Source: the human T2T-CHM13v2.0 reference genome, Homo sapiens. From it: a stretch of 64,000 bases of DNA. Numbering within the stretch: the stretch's first letter is position 1; every line of letters starts with the position of its first letter. Below are positions 1 to 11,911 of this stretch, piece after piece. A model generated the notes under the pieces. That model made no database searches and had not been told where the DNA came from. It saw only the letters and a program-made list of their open reading frames with translations. The DNA lies in NCBI RefSeq assembly GCF_009914755.1, contig NC_060928.1, one strand, 5' to 3'. The position numbers and the translations under genes are program-made.

Positions 1-276
1 TGAGAAATGCATTTTGAAAACGAAGCTTGAGTTGTAGCTTCGCTACAATGGAGAAGCAGAAAATGGTCAAACTGCAGCTTTTCTCTTGACAACCCTGATG
101 GTTCATCTGGTAACACCTCAGACACTTTATTCCTAGCTGAGTTGTTTCTATATGTCATTTATAACTTCACATTTTTCAGAGAGAGAAAAGTACCTCTTGG
201 TTGTATCTGTGTATCCATGTGTATGTGAGTGTGTGTGTGCAGGGATGATGTTAAGCTGGTATGTTCCTGCTACAGA

Positions 277-485
277 CAGTGTTGTGCTGGAACAGGCTTA
301 CATAGGCTTTGCAAGAGCTGACTGTTAAATTTGCAGAAAATATGCAAGCCAACTGATATCACATTGGTGGCTTGAAGCTGGCAGTGGTGGGAGTGTTTCT
401 ACCTCAGAAATCAGCATGCACTATGACTCAGGGCTTCATGATTTTTGGGAGAGTCAGGTTTTTAGCACATACTAGCCCACGACTG
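277..485 (+). mobile_element. MER63A-like non-autonomous hAT DNA transposon
   Basis: Degenerate terminal inverted repeats cagtgttgtgctgg ... ctagcccacgactg, ~210 bp, interior resembles recalled MER63A consensus. Confidence 0.7.
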
Positions 486-967
486 CTTACTGGGACACCA
501 GCTGTTTGCACAGCCATCCACACTGATTGGCTGCACTCTCCACTTTGGTCATGCTCATGTTGTAAGCACTGTACAATATTTTGAATAGCAACTTCATCAC
601 GTGTAGTCAAATTATATCATTGTATTATCTACATTGTCTTCGGTATAATAACGGAAAAGCAGCATATACTATCACATCATCCATCATCAAAAAACAATTT
701 TTTTGAGCATGGGTTTGGACCTCAGGTACTCTGCTGAATAAATTCTGGGTGGCTCAACTGCTGGTGGATCCCAAATAGATCATTTGGGAAGGAAGAAACC
801 ATGCCGGGCCTTAGAGAAAAACAAAATGAGTCAGTTCTCTCTGCTGCCTTTGGCCAGACCAAACCCTGAAGTCATACAGCATGGGGGAGATTTTCTAGTC
901 AAAAAAGTCATTTATCTGTCCAAGCACATCTGAAGATAAATGATGAGAAGCTTCTGGGAACACTGAA

Positions 968-1401
968 TGTCAGGCCTCTGAGCCCAAACCAAGCCATCGC
1001 ATCCCCTGTGACTTGCACATATACGCCCAGATGGCCTGAAGTAACTGAAGAATCACAAAAGAAGTGAAAAGGCCCTGCCCCGCCTTAACTGATGACATTC
1101 CACCATTGTGATTTGTTCCTGCCCCACCTTAACTGAGTGATTAACCCCATGAGTTTCCTTCTCCTGGCTCAGAAGCTCCCCCACTGAGCACCTTGTGACC
1201 CCTGCCCCTGCCCACCAGAGAACAACCCCCTTTGACTGTAATTTTCCATTACCTTCCCAAATCCTATAAAATGGCCCCACCCCTATCTCCCTTCACTGAC
1301 TCTCTTTTCGGACTCAGCCCGCCTGCACCCAGGTGAAATAAACAGCCATGTTGCTCACACAAAGCCTGTTTGGTGGTCTCTTCACACGGACGTGCATGAA
1401 G
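968..1401 (+). promoter_or_regulatory. HERV-H 5' LTR (LTR7 family), promoter with TATA box
   Basis: Starts tgtcaggcctctgagccc, TATAAAA at 1265-1271, ends gcatgaag just before the PBS; 434 bp. Confidence 0.95.
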
Positions 1402-1403
1402 TT

Positions 1404-1421
1404 TGGTGTCGTGACTTGGAT
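1404..1421 (+). other. Primer binding site, tRNA-His type
   Basis: tggtgtcgtgacttggat versus canonical TGGTGCCGTGACTCGGAT (two C>T changes). Confidence 0.9.
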
Positions 1422-1544
1422 CGGGGGACCTCCCTTGGGAGATCAATCCCCCATCCTCCTGCTCTTTGCTCTGTGAGAAAGATCCACCTACGACCTCAGG
1501 TCCTCAGACCGACCAGCCCAAGAAACATCTCACCAATTTCAAAT

Positions 1545-1553
1545 CCGGTAAGC
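1545..1553 (+). promoter_or_regulatory. HERV-H major splice donor
   Basis: CCG|GTAAGC ~150 nt downstream of the 5' LTR, the usual position in the HERV-H leader. Confidence 0.8.
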
Positions 1554-2162
1554 GGCCTCTTTTTACTCTCTTCTCCAGCTTCCCTCACTATCCCTCAACC
1601 TCTTTCTCCTTTCAATCTTGGCGCTACACTTCAATCTCTCTCTTCTCTTAATTTCAATTCCTTTCATTTTCTGGTAGAGACAAAAGAGACACGTTTTGTC
1701 CGTGGACCCAAAACTCTGGCGCCGGTCACGGACTGGGAAGGCAGCTTTCCCTTGGTGTTTAATCATTGCAGAGACGCCTCTGTGATTATACACCCACGTT
1801 TCAAGGGTGTCAGACCACGCAGGGACGCCTGCCTTGGTCCTTCACCCTTAGCGGCAAGTCCTGCTTTTCTGGGGAAGAGGCAAGTACCCCAACCCCTTCT
1901 CTCCTTGTCTCTACCCCTTCTCTGCCTTTCCTGGGGCAGGGGCAAGTACCCCTCAACCCCTTCTCCTTCACCCTTAGCGGCAAGTCCCGCTTCCCTAGGG
2001 GGCAAGAACCCCCCAGTCGCTTATTTCCGCACCACAACCTCTTATCTCTGTGCCCAATCCCTTATTTCCATGCCCCAACCCCTTCTCTGCTTTTCTGGAG
2101 GGCAAGAACCCCCCACCCCTTCTCCGTGTCTCTACTCTTTTCTCTGGGCTTGCCCCTTCACT

Positions 2163-3319
2163 ATGGATAAGCTTCCACCTTCCATTCCTCCTCCTTCTCC
2201 CTTAGCCTGTGTTCTCAAAAACTTAAAACCTCTTCAACTCACACCTGACCTAAAACCTAAATGCCTTATTTTCTTCTGCAATGCCACTTGACCCCAATAC
2301 AAACTCGACAGTAGTTCCAAATAGCCGGAAAATGGCACTTTCAATTTTTCCATCCTACAAGATTTAAATAATTCTTGTCGTAAAATGGGCAAATGGTCTG
2401 AGGTTCCTGACGTCCAGGCATTCTTTTACACATCAGTCCCTTCCTAGTCTCTGTGCCCAGTGAAACTCGTCCCAAATCTTCCTTCTTTCCCTCCCGCCTG
2501 TCCCCTCAGTCCCAACCCCAAGCGTCGCTGAGTCTTTATAATCTTCCTTTTCTACAGACCCATCTGACCTCTCCCCTCCTCGCCAGCCCAAGCTAGGTCC
2601 CAATAATTCCTCAGCCTCCGCTCCTCCACCCTGTAATCTTTTTATCACCTCCCCTCCTCACACCTGGTCCGACTTACAGTTTCATTCTCTGACTAGCCCT
2701 CCCCCACCTGCCCAGCAATTTACTCTTAAAAAGGTGGCTGGAGCCAAAGGCATAGTCAGGGTTAATGCTCCTTTTCCTTTATCCCAAATCAGATAGCGTT
2801 TAGGCTCTTTTTCATCAAATATAAAAACCCAGCCCAGTTCATGGCTCGTTCCCCAGCAACCCTGAGACGCTTTACAGCCCTAGACCCTAAAAGGTCAAAA
2901 GGCCATCTTATTCTCAATATACATTTTATTACCCAATCTGCTCCCGACATTAAATAAAACTCCAAAAATTAAATTCCGGCCCTCAAACCCCACAACAGGA
3001 TTTAATTAACCTCGCCTTCAAGGTGTACAATAATAGAAAAAAGTTGCAATTCCTTGCCTCCACTGTGAGACAAACCCCAGCCACATCTCCAGCACACAAG
3101 AACTTCCAAACGCCTGAACCGCAGGGGCCAGGTGTTCCTCTAGAACCTCCTCCCCCAGGAGCTTGCTACAAGTGCCAGAAATCTGACCACCAGGCCAAGG
3201 AATGCCTGCAGCCCAGGATTCCTCCTAAGCCTTGTCCCATCTGTGCGGGACCCCACTGGAAATCGGACTGTTCAACTCACCTGGCAGCCACTCCCAGAGC
3301 CCCTGGAACTCTGGCCTAA
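2163..3319 (+). pseudogene. gag: HERV-H gag remnant
   Basis: MA-like start MDKLPPSIPPPSPLACVLKNLKPL with early TGA at 2289-2291; two CCHC knuckles CYKCQKSDHQAKEC and CPICAGPHWKSDC in ORF 3023-3319. Confidence 0.88.
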
Positions 3320-3429
3320 AGCTGTCTGACCGACTCCTTCTCGGCTTAGCGGCTGAAGACTGACGCTGCCCGATCGCCTCGGAAGCCCCGTAGACCACCA
3401 CAGATGCCGAGCTTTGAGTAACTCTCACA

Positions 3430-3705
3430 GTGGAAGGTAAGTCCGTCCCCTTCTTAATCAATACAGAGGCTACCCACTCCACATTACCTTCTTTTCAAGG
3501 GCCTGTTTCCCTTGCCTCCATAACTATTGTGGGTATTGACAGCCAGGCTTCTAAACCTCTTAAAACTCCCCAACTCTGGTGGCACCAACTTAGACAACAC
3601 TCTTTTATGCACTCTTTTTCAGTTATCTCCACCTGCCCAGTTCCCTTATTAGGCCGAGATATTTTAACCAAATTATCTGCTTACCTGACTATTCCTGGAC
3701 TATAG
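3430..3705 (+). pseudogene. pro: HERV-H protease remnant
   Basis: FLINTEATHS (catalytic DTG/A motif degenerate) and LLGRDIL motif of retroviral aspartic proteases. Confidence 0.85.
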
Positions 3706-3812
3706 CCGCTGATCTCATTGATGCCCTTCTTCCCAATCCAAAGCCTCCTTTGCATCCTCCTCTTGTATTCTCCCACCTTAACCCACAAGTATAAGATACC
3801 TCTACTCCCTCC

Positions 3813-4930
3813 TTGACGACTGATCATGCACCCCTTACCATCTCATTAAAACCTAATCACCCTTACCCCGCTGAATGCCAATATCCCATCCCACAGCATG
3901 CTTTGAAAGGATTAAAGCCTGTTATCACTCGCCTGCTACAGCATGGCCTTTTGAAGCCTATAAACTCTCCTTACAATTCCCCCATTTTACCTGTCTTAAA
4001 ACCAGACAAGCCTTACAAGTTAGTTCAGGATCTGCGCCTTATCAACCAAATTGTTTTGCCTATCCACCCCATGGTGCCAAACCCATATACTCTCCTATCC
4101 TCAATACCTCCCTCCACAATCCATTATTCTGTTCTGGATCTCAAACATGCTTTCTTTACTATTCCTTTGCACCCGTCATCCCAGCCTCTCTTCGCTTTCA
4201 CTTGGACTGACCCTGACACCCATCAGGCTCAGCAAATTACCTGGGCTGCACTGCCGCAAGGCTTCACAGACAGCCCCCATTACTTCAGTCAAGCCCAAAT
4301 TTCATCCCCATCTGTTACCTATCTCGGCATAATTCTCGTAAAAACACACGTGCTCTCCCTACTGATCGTGTCCAGCTGATCTCCCAAACCTCAATCCCTT
4401 ACAAAACAACTCCTTTCCTTCCTAGGCATGTTTAGTGCGGTCAGAATTCTTACACAAGAGCCAGGACCGCACCCTGTAGCCTTTCTGTCCAAACAACTTG
4501 ACCTTACTGTTTTAGCCTAGCCCTCATGTCTGCGTGCAGCGGCTGCCGCTGCTTTAATACTTTTAGAGGCCTTTCCTACAAGGTCTGAGAAGGCCACCGC
4601 AGTCATTTCTTCCCTTCTGTCAGACATAATTCCTCAGTTTAGGCTTCCCACCTCTATACAGTCTGATAACAGACCAACCTTTATTAGTCAAATCAGCCAA
4701 GCATTTTTTCAGGCTCTTAGTATTCAGTGACAGACTAATGGTCTATTAAAAACACACCTCACCAAGCTCAGCCACCAACTTAAAAAGGACTGGACAATAC
4801 TTTTACCACTTTCCCTTCTCAGAAGTCAGACCTGTCCTCAGAATGCTACAAGGGACAGCCCATTTGAGCTCCTGTATAGACGCTCCTTTTTATTAGGCCC
4901 CAGTCTCATTCCAGACACCAGACCAACTTA
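3813..4930 (+). pseudogene. pol: HERV-H pol remnant (partial RT plus downstream fragments)
   Basis: SPYNSPILPV, LVQDLR, YSVLDLKHAFF, LPQGF motifs; sequence jumps from HYFSQA to QISSPSVTYLG so the YxDD motif is deleted; end coordinate approximate. Confidence 0.88.
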
Positions 4931-5493
4931 GACTGTGCCCCCAAATAATTTGTCATCCCTACTATCTTCTGTCTAGTCATACTCCTATTCACTGTTCTCA
5001 ACTACTCATATATGCCCTGCTCTTGTTTACACTGTTTCTCCAAGCCTTCACAGCTGATATCTCCTCGTGCTATCCCCAAACTGCCACTCTTAACTCTTGA
5101 AGTAAATAAATAATCTTTGCTGGCAGGACTATGCTGAATCTCCTTAGGCACTCTCTAATTAGATGTCCTAGGTCCTCCCAATTCTTGGTCCTTTTATACC
5201 TGTTTTTCTCCTTCTCTTATTCCATTTAGTTTTTCAATTCATACAAAACCGTATCCAGGCCATCACCAATCATCCTATGCGACAAATGTTTCTTCTAACA
5301 ACCCCACAATATCACCTCTTACCACAAGATCTCCCTTCAGCTTAATCTGTCCCACTCTAGGTTCCCATACCGCCCCTAATCCCGCTTGAAGCAGCCCTGA
5401 GAAACATCACCCAGTCTCTCTCCATACCACCCCCAAAAATTTTTGCCGCCCCAACACTTCAACACTATTTTGTTTTATTTTTCTTATTAATAT

Positions 5494-5506
5494 AAGAAGG
5501 CAGGAA
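5494..5506 (+). other. Polypurine tract
   Basis: aagaaggcaggaa directly before the 3' LTR. Confidence 0.85.
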
Positions 5507-5896
5507 TGTCAGGCCTCTGAGCCCAAGCCAAGCCATCGCATCCCCTGTGACTTGCACGTGTATGCCCAGATGGCCTGAAGTAACTGAAGAATCACAAAAG
5601 AAGTGAAAAGGCCCTGCCCCACCTTAACTGAGTGATTAACCCCATGAATTTCCTTCTCCTGGCTCAGAAGCTCCCCCACTGAGCACCTTGTGACCCCTGC
5701 CCCTGCCCACCAGAGAACAACCCCCTTTGACTGTAATTTTCCATTACTTTCCCAAATCCTATAAAACGGCCCCACCCCTATCTCCCTTCGCTGACTCTCT
5801 TTTCAGACTCAGCCCGCCTGCACCCAGGTGAAATAAACAGCCATGTTGCTAATACAAAGCCTATTTGGTGGTCTCTTCACACGGACGCGCATGAAA
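5507..5896 (+). promoter_or_regulatory. HERV-H 3' LTR (LTR7 family) with poly(A) signal
   Basis: Direct repeat of 968-1401 lacking 44 bp; AATAAA at 5832-5837; 390 bp. Confidence 0.95.
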
Positions 5897-6999
5897 CTGA
5901 AGGCCACCCCCTCCCCACAAAACAGAAATTAGCAGCCCCCCCCCCAATCAGCATTAAAACAAAGATCAACCAACACGTCATTTTAGTAAACAGAGTAATT
6001 TGGGCTTTTGGAGAGCATGAAAATTCTGTCAGCATTATAATGTCTTCTACCACAGACCTTAATTTCTTCTGTCATGGACAATATGATTAGGTTCAGTCCC
6101 ATTTGATTGTAGGGAATGTCAGTTCCCATTAACAAAAGAAAAGAGGCACTCAAAGACATGTTCCACATTTTTAACCCTTTAGGCAGGGAGGATTTTTCCA
6201 GCTCAAACTGCTCCTAGGAAATATTTGAAGTATTTAATCACAACCAGCCCATCCAGCAGATAGTTAAAGGGGTTTACCTAACTAACATCATCTCCCTTCC
6301 CAGCATAGGCTACTTTTGATTCAACACTGGCACTAAACAGTGAAGGCCGTGTGTATTTTTGTTTTATTTTGCAACTTGAGGGGTTTTTTTTCCACCCCAC
6401 CCCATCCCAATCTCTAAGAAATCCCACTCCTTGCATGAATGGAGTTTGCTTTAAACGGTCTGATTCTTTGAGGGCAGTGGAGGGGAAGCAATGTCCTTTT
6501 TGGCTGCATGCACTGCTTGGCCATTCAGTCCATGAACTGGTTAGTGCAGGTGGCTTTCACGGGTGCTGGAAAATTATAGTCTCGGAACCAAACTTGTATC
6601 AGTAAACACACTGCCTCGGACTGGCCACTTCAATTCCGTTGAACCTTCCACAGTTCAAACAGGGCACCTGTGTCAGTCTGAGAGCTTAGCAGGCACAGCT
6701 GACCCTGGCTGCCCAGCAAACAGTTTATGTTGGGGAGCAATCTAGAGATTTCCTGAGATAAGGATGCTATTACGGGCTGACAAATGTGGAACGGAGCAGA
6801 GTGGGCAGCTTTTGTCCAGACTGACCCAGGGTGAGAATGCTGGGATTATTGCTGATTGGGGATAAATGGCAACCGGTGATTTATTTGTTCAAGTGAAACC
6901 AGCCAAGTTCATCCCTCAACACCATCTCCCATCTCTTTAGGCTTTTTTTTTTTTCCTCTTCAAGCAAAAAGACTTAGCAATTTTGGGAACTCTTCAAAT

Positions 7000-7491
7000 A
7001 CCACCATTCCAGTGAACCCCATTGCCCTTAGGATAAAATCTGCAATCCTTCACAAGCCTTTGAGGCCCTGCGTGATGGGGTCCTACCTGCCTCTCCAGCT
7101 CCGGCTCCTGCCACTGGCCCCCAAACCTCCTGCACTCAACCACAATGGCCACCACTCTGGTTTCTGACTGCCCCAATTTCCTCTCCACCTTCAGCCTTTG
7201 CTTGTGCTGCGCCCTCCCCCTGGGGCTCTTCCTCTCTCTTTACCTGGCAATCCTCCTTATCCTTGTTCCAGGTTGAATGTCATCGGCAAAGATCAGGCAA
7301 GCTCCTCCATTATGATCTTCTGGGATCATAAGATCATTAAGAACTTCATTACAGGTCTTAGCACAAGCGTGAATAATTACTATTGCTTTAAAATTGTGCT
7401 CCCCCACTGGCAGGGACTTTGTCTATCATATACACCTAGCACTTAGTGCAATGCTGAATATTTCGTAGGTCAAATGCACAAATGAATGAAG
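7000..7491 (+). mobile_element. L2 3' fragment (degraded)
   Basis: L2-like text (ccattgcccttaggataaaatc, gcctttgcttgtgctg) ending in aatgaatgaa; boundaries approximate. Confidence 0.55.
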
Positions 7492-7812
7492 TAGGTGCAC
7501 AAAAGATATTGACTGCCTATGAGAGAATCTAACAAAGCAAACCCAGTAAAACAAAATCTTCATCTTAAATGTGCACAAACTAGGGAGTGAGTATTCTCTC
7601 CTACCTCTCCTCTCCAATCATTCTGGCACAAGGATTTCAGATGGTCCTGCCTTCCCATCAGGGCTGTACCATCAAATCTACTGCCTGGCTTTCAGGACCC
7701 TCCCTTATCATTATCATCATCATGAACATTATTGAACATGTAATATGTTCCATGTGCATTACTCAGTATTCTCTACTGATCTATTTTGATCCTCACTGCA
7801 ATCCATAAAATA

Positions 7813-8369
7813 GTGCAGTGTATTAAAGATGGGCACAGATGCATAAATTCTTTGACATTTCTCTCATTGAGAGGTGGGGTCTTTGTCCCCTCCCCTTGAA
7901 TCTGAGCTATCATGTGACTGCTTTGACCAATAGAGTGCACAGGAAATCATGTCATGCCTTTTCCAGTTTCTGTGTCGGAATGGTCACTCTGGGGGAAGAC
8001 TGCTTACAACTAATGACTAACACCTAATTGGCACAAAGAATGTAAGAAGTCTGACTCCCCTGAGACTGCAGGGAGGAAACTCCAGCTGGTTGCAGGGAGA
8101 GGTCCTGGGGAAAGAATGCCCTTCCAGCCCCCAGCTGTTGCAACCATGCCAGCCCGGGTGCCAGGCACGTACATGAAGGCACTATCTTGCACATCCAGCC
8201 CAGTGGAGCCTTCAGCTGACTCCAGCCCCAGCCACAGGAGAAGCTCCATGACAGACCACTCAGCTGACCCCAGTTAACCCCCAAAATTGTAAGAGAGAAT
8301 AACAAATTAGTATTTTAAGCCACTAGATTGTGGGGAGGATTATTAGGCAGCAATAAATAGCCAAAACAC
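7813..8369 (+). mobile_element. MLT1 (G/H-like) MaLR solo LTR interrupting a MIR
   Basis: aaattctttgacatttctctcattgagaggtggggtc start and ttttaagccactag...gcagcaataaatag end; MIR-like sequence on both sides. Confidence 0.7.
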
Positions 8370-8889
8370 ATAGGCACTATTATGACCCTGGCTTTATAAA
8401 TGAGAAACTGAGACCCAGCACACTCAAAACCACACAGCTGGGAAGGGGTGGAGCTGGGAGCCCAATCCAGGAAGGCTGGCTTCAGAACCCAGGCTTTCAT
8501 CATCCATGCAGCCACACCACTCTTTGGCAGGCAACTTTTTCCATTTGACTCCTCCAAGACATAGTCTCTACTGCTGTTGTGCCTCTAAAAGGGTCCCCTT
8601 CTCTTTCCTTCTGCCCATGTGCCTAATCCCCTACCTCTATCATGATCCCCTCTCTGAATCCTCTACTGATATGCCCTTCCTCCAAATTCCTGGGTACATT
8701 TAAAGATAGGCATCTAGCCTTACCATTCATTGTTCTAGTAATATTCTTCATGCTGTTTTTTGCTTCACAACTATATGTTATCTCCTTAAAGGTCAAGACT
8801 AAATCTCCTATTTTGATTTTGCCCACCTCTCCAGAAAACCTTGCCCATCCCCACTTTGCCCAGCACAATGCTGTGCACTCAATAAATGC

Positions 8890-9292
8890 ACCCTCCAGCC
8901 ATACTGGCCAAGCTCATTCCCTTTTCAGAGCCTTTATGTTTGCAGTTCCCTTTCCCTGGAATACGCTTTCTTAGCTTTCAACCTGAGCTGCTCCTTCACA
9001 GCACTCAGATCTCAGAAAATATCTCCCCTCCACCAACAGGCCTATCCTGACCACCCTGTCTAAAGGAGCCATGCCTCCCCACCCCTAGTCAGCCACTCAC
9101 CATCTCCTTATCCTGCATTGTATTAATTAGTTGTCAGTTTCTTAATTCCCTTAGGTAGCAAACAAGTTCCAGAAGGACAGAACATGCCCATCTTGTTTAT
9201 TGCTATAGTCTCAATCCCCAGGACAGTTTCTGGCCTATAGTAACATCTCAAAAAATATTGTTAAATAAATGAATGCATATTTGTTGATTGAA
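8890..9292 (+). mobile_element. L2 3' fragment
   Basis: L2 3' end pattern ending aaatattgttaaataaatgaatg; boundaries approximate. Confidence 0.6.
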
Positions 9293-9451
9293 TCTTCACT
9301 TCATAAGATCTGCCACCATGGAGCAGTTGTGCTCATGTACACAAAGCATTTTCCCCTATCATGTCAGTTGCATCTTCAGCATAATGTGCAACCTTCCACT
9401 TCTCATGCAGAAAGACTATACTTGCCTCTAAGGTGAACTCTGTGTTTATTT

Positions 9452-9688
9452 TATATATATATATATATATATATTTTAAGTTCTGGGATACATGTGCAGA
9501 ACGTGCAGGTTTGTTACATAAGTATACATGGGCCATGGTGGTTTGCTGCACCTGTCAACCCATCATATAGGTTTTAAGCCCCACATGCATTAGGTATTTG
9601 TCCTAATGCTCTCCCTCCCCTTGCCCCCAACCCCTTGACAGGCCCCGGTGTGTGACGTTCCCCTCCCTGTGTCCATGTGTTGTCACTG
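9452..9688 (-). mobile_element. 5'-truncated L1PA7/8-like 3' end with (TA)n tail
   Basis: ttttaagttctgggatacatgtgcagaacgtgcagg; degenerate TSD aggtgaactctgtgtttattt (9431-9451) / aggtaaattctgtgtttattt (9689-9709). Confidence 0.88.
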
Positions 9689-9778
9689 AGGTAAATTCTG
9701 TGTTTATTTAGCCAGTTGTTGACGTCGGGCAGTAGTCTACATGCTGCTTTGGTTGTCCAAACCATTTTTCACAACTGA

Positions 9779-10006
<228 letters not shown>

Positions 10007-10648
10007 TGACCCCAAGAAGAGAGGGTGGCCAAGCAGGCTTAGTACGACATGCATTAATAAAGGCCACATTGCAGGGATGATGAAATGAGAATATTAAATC
10101 CAATGGAGGTCCATTTTGCTCACTATGGTAAACACAGAAATTCATCCTGGTATCTAGAACAGAGTAAATCCTCAATAAACACTTGTTGAATGAACAAAGG
10201 AACAAACCAATGAATTAATGAAACATCTTTACCTTGTGTCTCATTTCTTATCACTTATCATTTCAATATGTGCAAGAACTCAGAGTACATTTTTCATTTT
10301 GTGTATGTGAAACTTACCAACAAAATAGTAGCTAAAAAGTTGTAAAACTTACAAGTTTTCAACAACAAAGTTGAAATGTAAATGAACATCTGTGCTCCCC
10401 GAAATACATAATAGGCAAGTAGAGAAATCTAGAAAGGAAAGGCCACAGGCTGAGGGAGTTAACAGATGCGATAGTCTATTAACATTAATTTTCTGAAGTG
10501 TATATTTCAGAAATTTGCTCAGCCTCGCTGAGTCTCAGTTTCCTCAACTGTATACTGAAGACAATTTCTTTATTTACCAACCTGAAATATTCATAGTGAG
10601 TCTAAGATGGAAGAACAGATGAGTAAATACTTTAAAAGTGTAATAAGA

Positions 10649-10947
10649 GGCCAGGCGTTGTGGCTCACACCTGTAATCCCAGCACTTCGGGAGGCCAAGG
10701 CGGGCAGATCATTTGAGGTCAGGAGTTCGAGACCAGACTGGCCAACATGGCAAAACCCTGTCTCTACAAAAACTACAAAAATTAGCTGGGCGTGGTGACA
10801 CGTGCCTGTAATCCCAGCTACTCAGGAGGCTGAGAGGCATGAGAATCACTTGAACCCAGGAGGTGGTGGTTACACTGAGCTGAGATTGTGCTGCTGCACT
10901 CCAGCCTGGGCAACAGAGCAAGACTCCATCTCAAAAGAAAAAAAAAA
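10649..10947 (+). mobile_element. AluS element
   Basis: Full dimer, A tail, TSD aaaagtgtaata. Confidence 0.93.
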
Positions 10948-11340
10948 GTGTAATAGGAATATGAGCTAATCGACAGTTTCCATCTTCCTCTCTTTCTGAC
11001 ATTTCAAATACTTAAAAATACATTTAAAAATTTTTTAATCAATGTAATATATTTTTTACTATTTCTGAGTTTCATGATTCATTCACAAATGACTATTACC
11101 TGTTTGTTCCAAATACTCAATCTGCAAAGTTTTTCCTAATCATTTTATAATTCTTCACTCGTTTTTATTCTGTTCTCTCTGCTTTTCAGCAAAGGATCTC
11201 ATGGTATAGAGAGCTTCTCCATCTTACCAGAGGCAGAGAGCAAGTTAGAAACAGCAAAGAAAAAATCAAACTCTTGAGCCTCTAGTCTGTGATTTATAGT
11301 ATAGAGCCCAAACAACTGGGCCTATAAAATTGTCACTAGT

Positions 11341-11623
11341 GGCGGTGTGCGGTGGCTCACACCTGTAATCCCAGCACTTTGGGAGGCCAAGGAGGGAGGA
11401 TCACCTGAGGTCATGAGTTCAAGACCAGCCTGGTCAACATGGTAAAACCCTGATTCTACTAAAAGTACAGAAATTAGCCAGGTGTAGTGGCGGGTGCCTG
11501 TAACCCCATCTACTCAGGAGGTTGAGGCAGGAGAATCTCTTAAACCTGGGAGGTGCTGGTTGCAGTGAGCTGAGTTAGTGCCACTGCACTCCAGCCTGTG
11601 CAACAGAGGAAGACTCCAACAAC

Positions 11624-11651
<28 letters not shown>
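11341..11651 (+). mobile_element. AluS (Sx-like) element
   Basis: Full dimer, gatcacctgagg, long A tail. Confidence 0.93.
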
Positions 11652-11655
<4 letters not shown>

Positions 11656-11686
11656 CTAAGAGAAAAGTCAGAACATAGAAACTAGT

Positions 11687-11911
11687 CCATTGGCTCTCAA
11701 ATTCAGGGTGGCATCAGAATCACTTGGAAGCCTTGTTAAAACACAGACTGTTGCATCCTCACACCCCACCCCAAAGTTTTAGGAGTTCTGGGGTAGTGTC
11801 TGGGATCCTGTATTTCTAACAGGAATTTTGTATTTCTAACAGGAAAATTGGCACTACATTCCCATGTAATGCCAATGCTACTGGTCTGCCAGTCACACCG
11901 TGAGAACCAAG
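11687..11911. mobile_element. MER5A-like hAT DNA transposon
   Basis: catcagaatcacttggaagccttgttaaaacacaga core, end tgagaaccaag; internal tandem duplication of tgtatttctaacaggaa. Confidence 0.7.

Larger units (their letters stand above)
968..5896 (+). mobile_element. HERV-H provirus, two LTRs, internally deleted (~4.9 kb)
   Basis: Paired LTR7-type LTRs, tRNA-His PBS, gag/pro/pol remnants, PPT, perfect 5-bp TSD CTGAA at 963-967 and 5897-5901. Confidence 0.97.

Noticed and set aside
1404-1421. tRNA-His gene
   Set aside because: Only the 18-nt retroviral PBS; no tRNA body
1839-1990. Direct repeats ccttcacccttagcggcaagtcc as a CRISPR-like or novel array
   Set aside because: Two copies only, a normal feature of the HERV-H leader; eukaryotic context
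4930-5493. HERV-H env gene
   Set aside because: Only ~560 bp between pol remnant and PPT, no ORF; env is largely deleted as in common HERV-H copies
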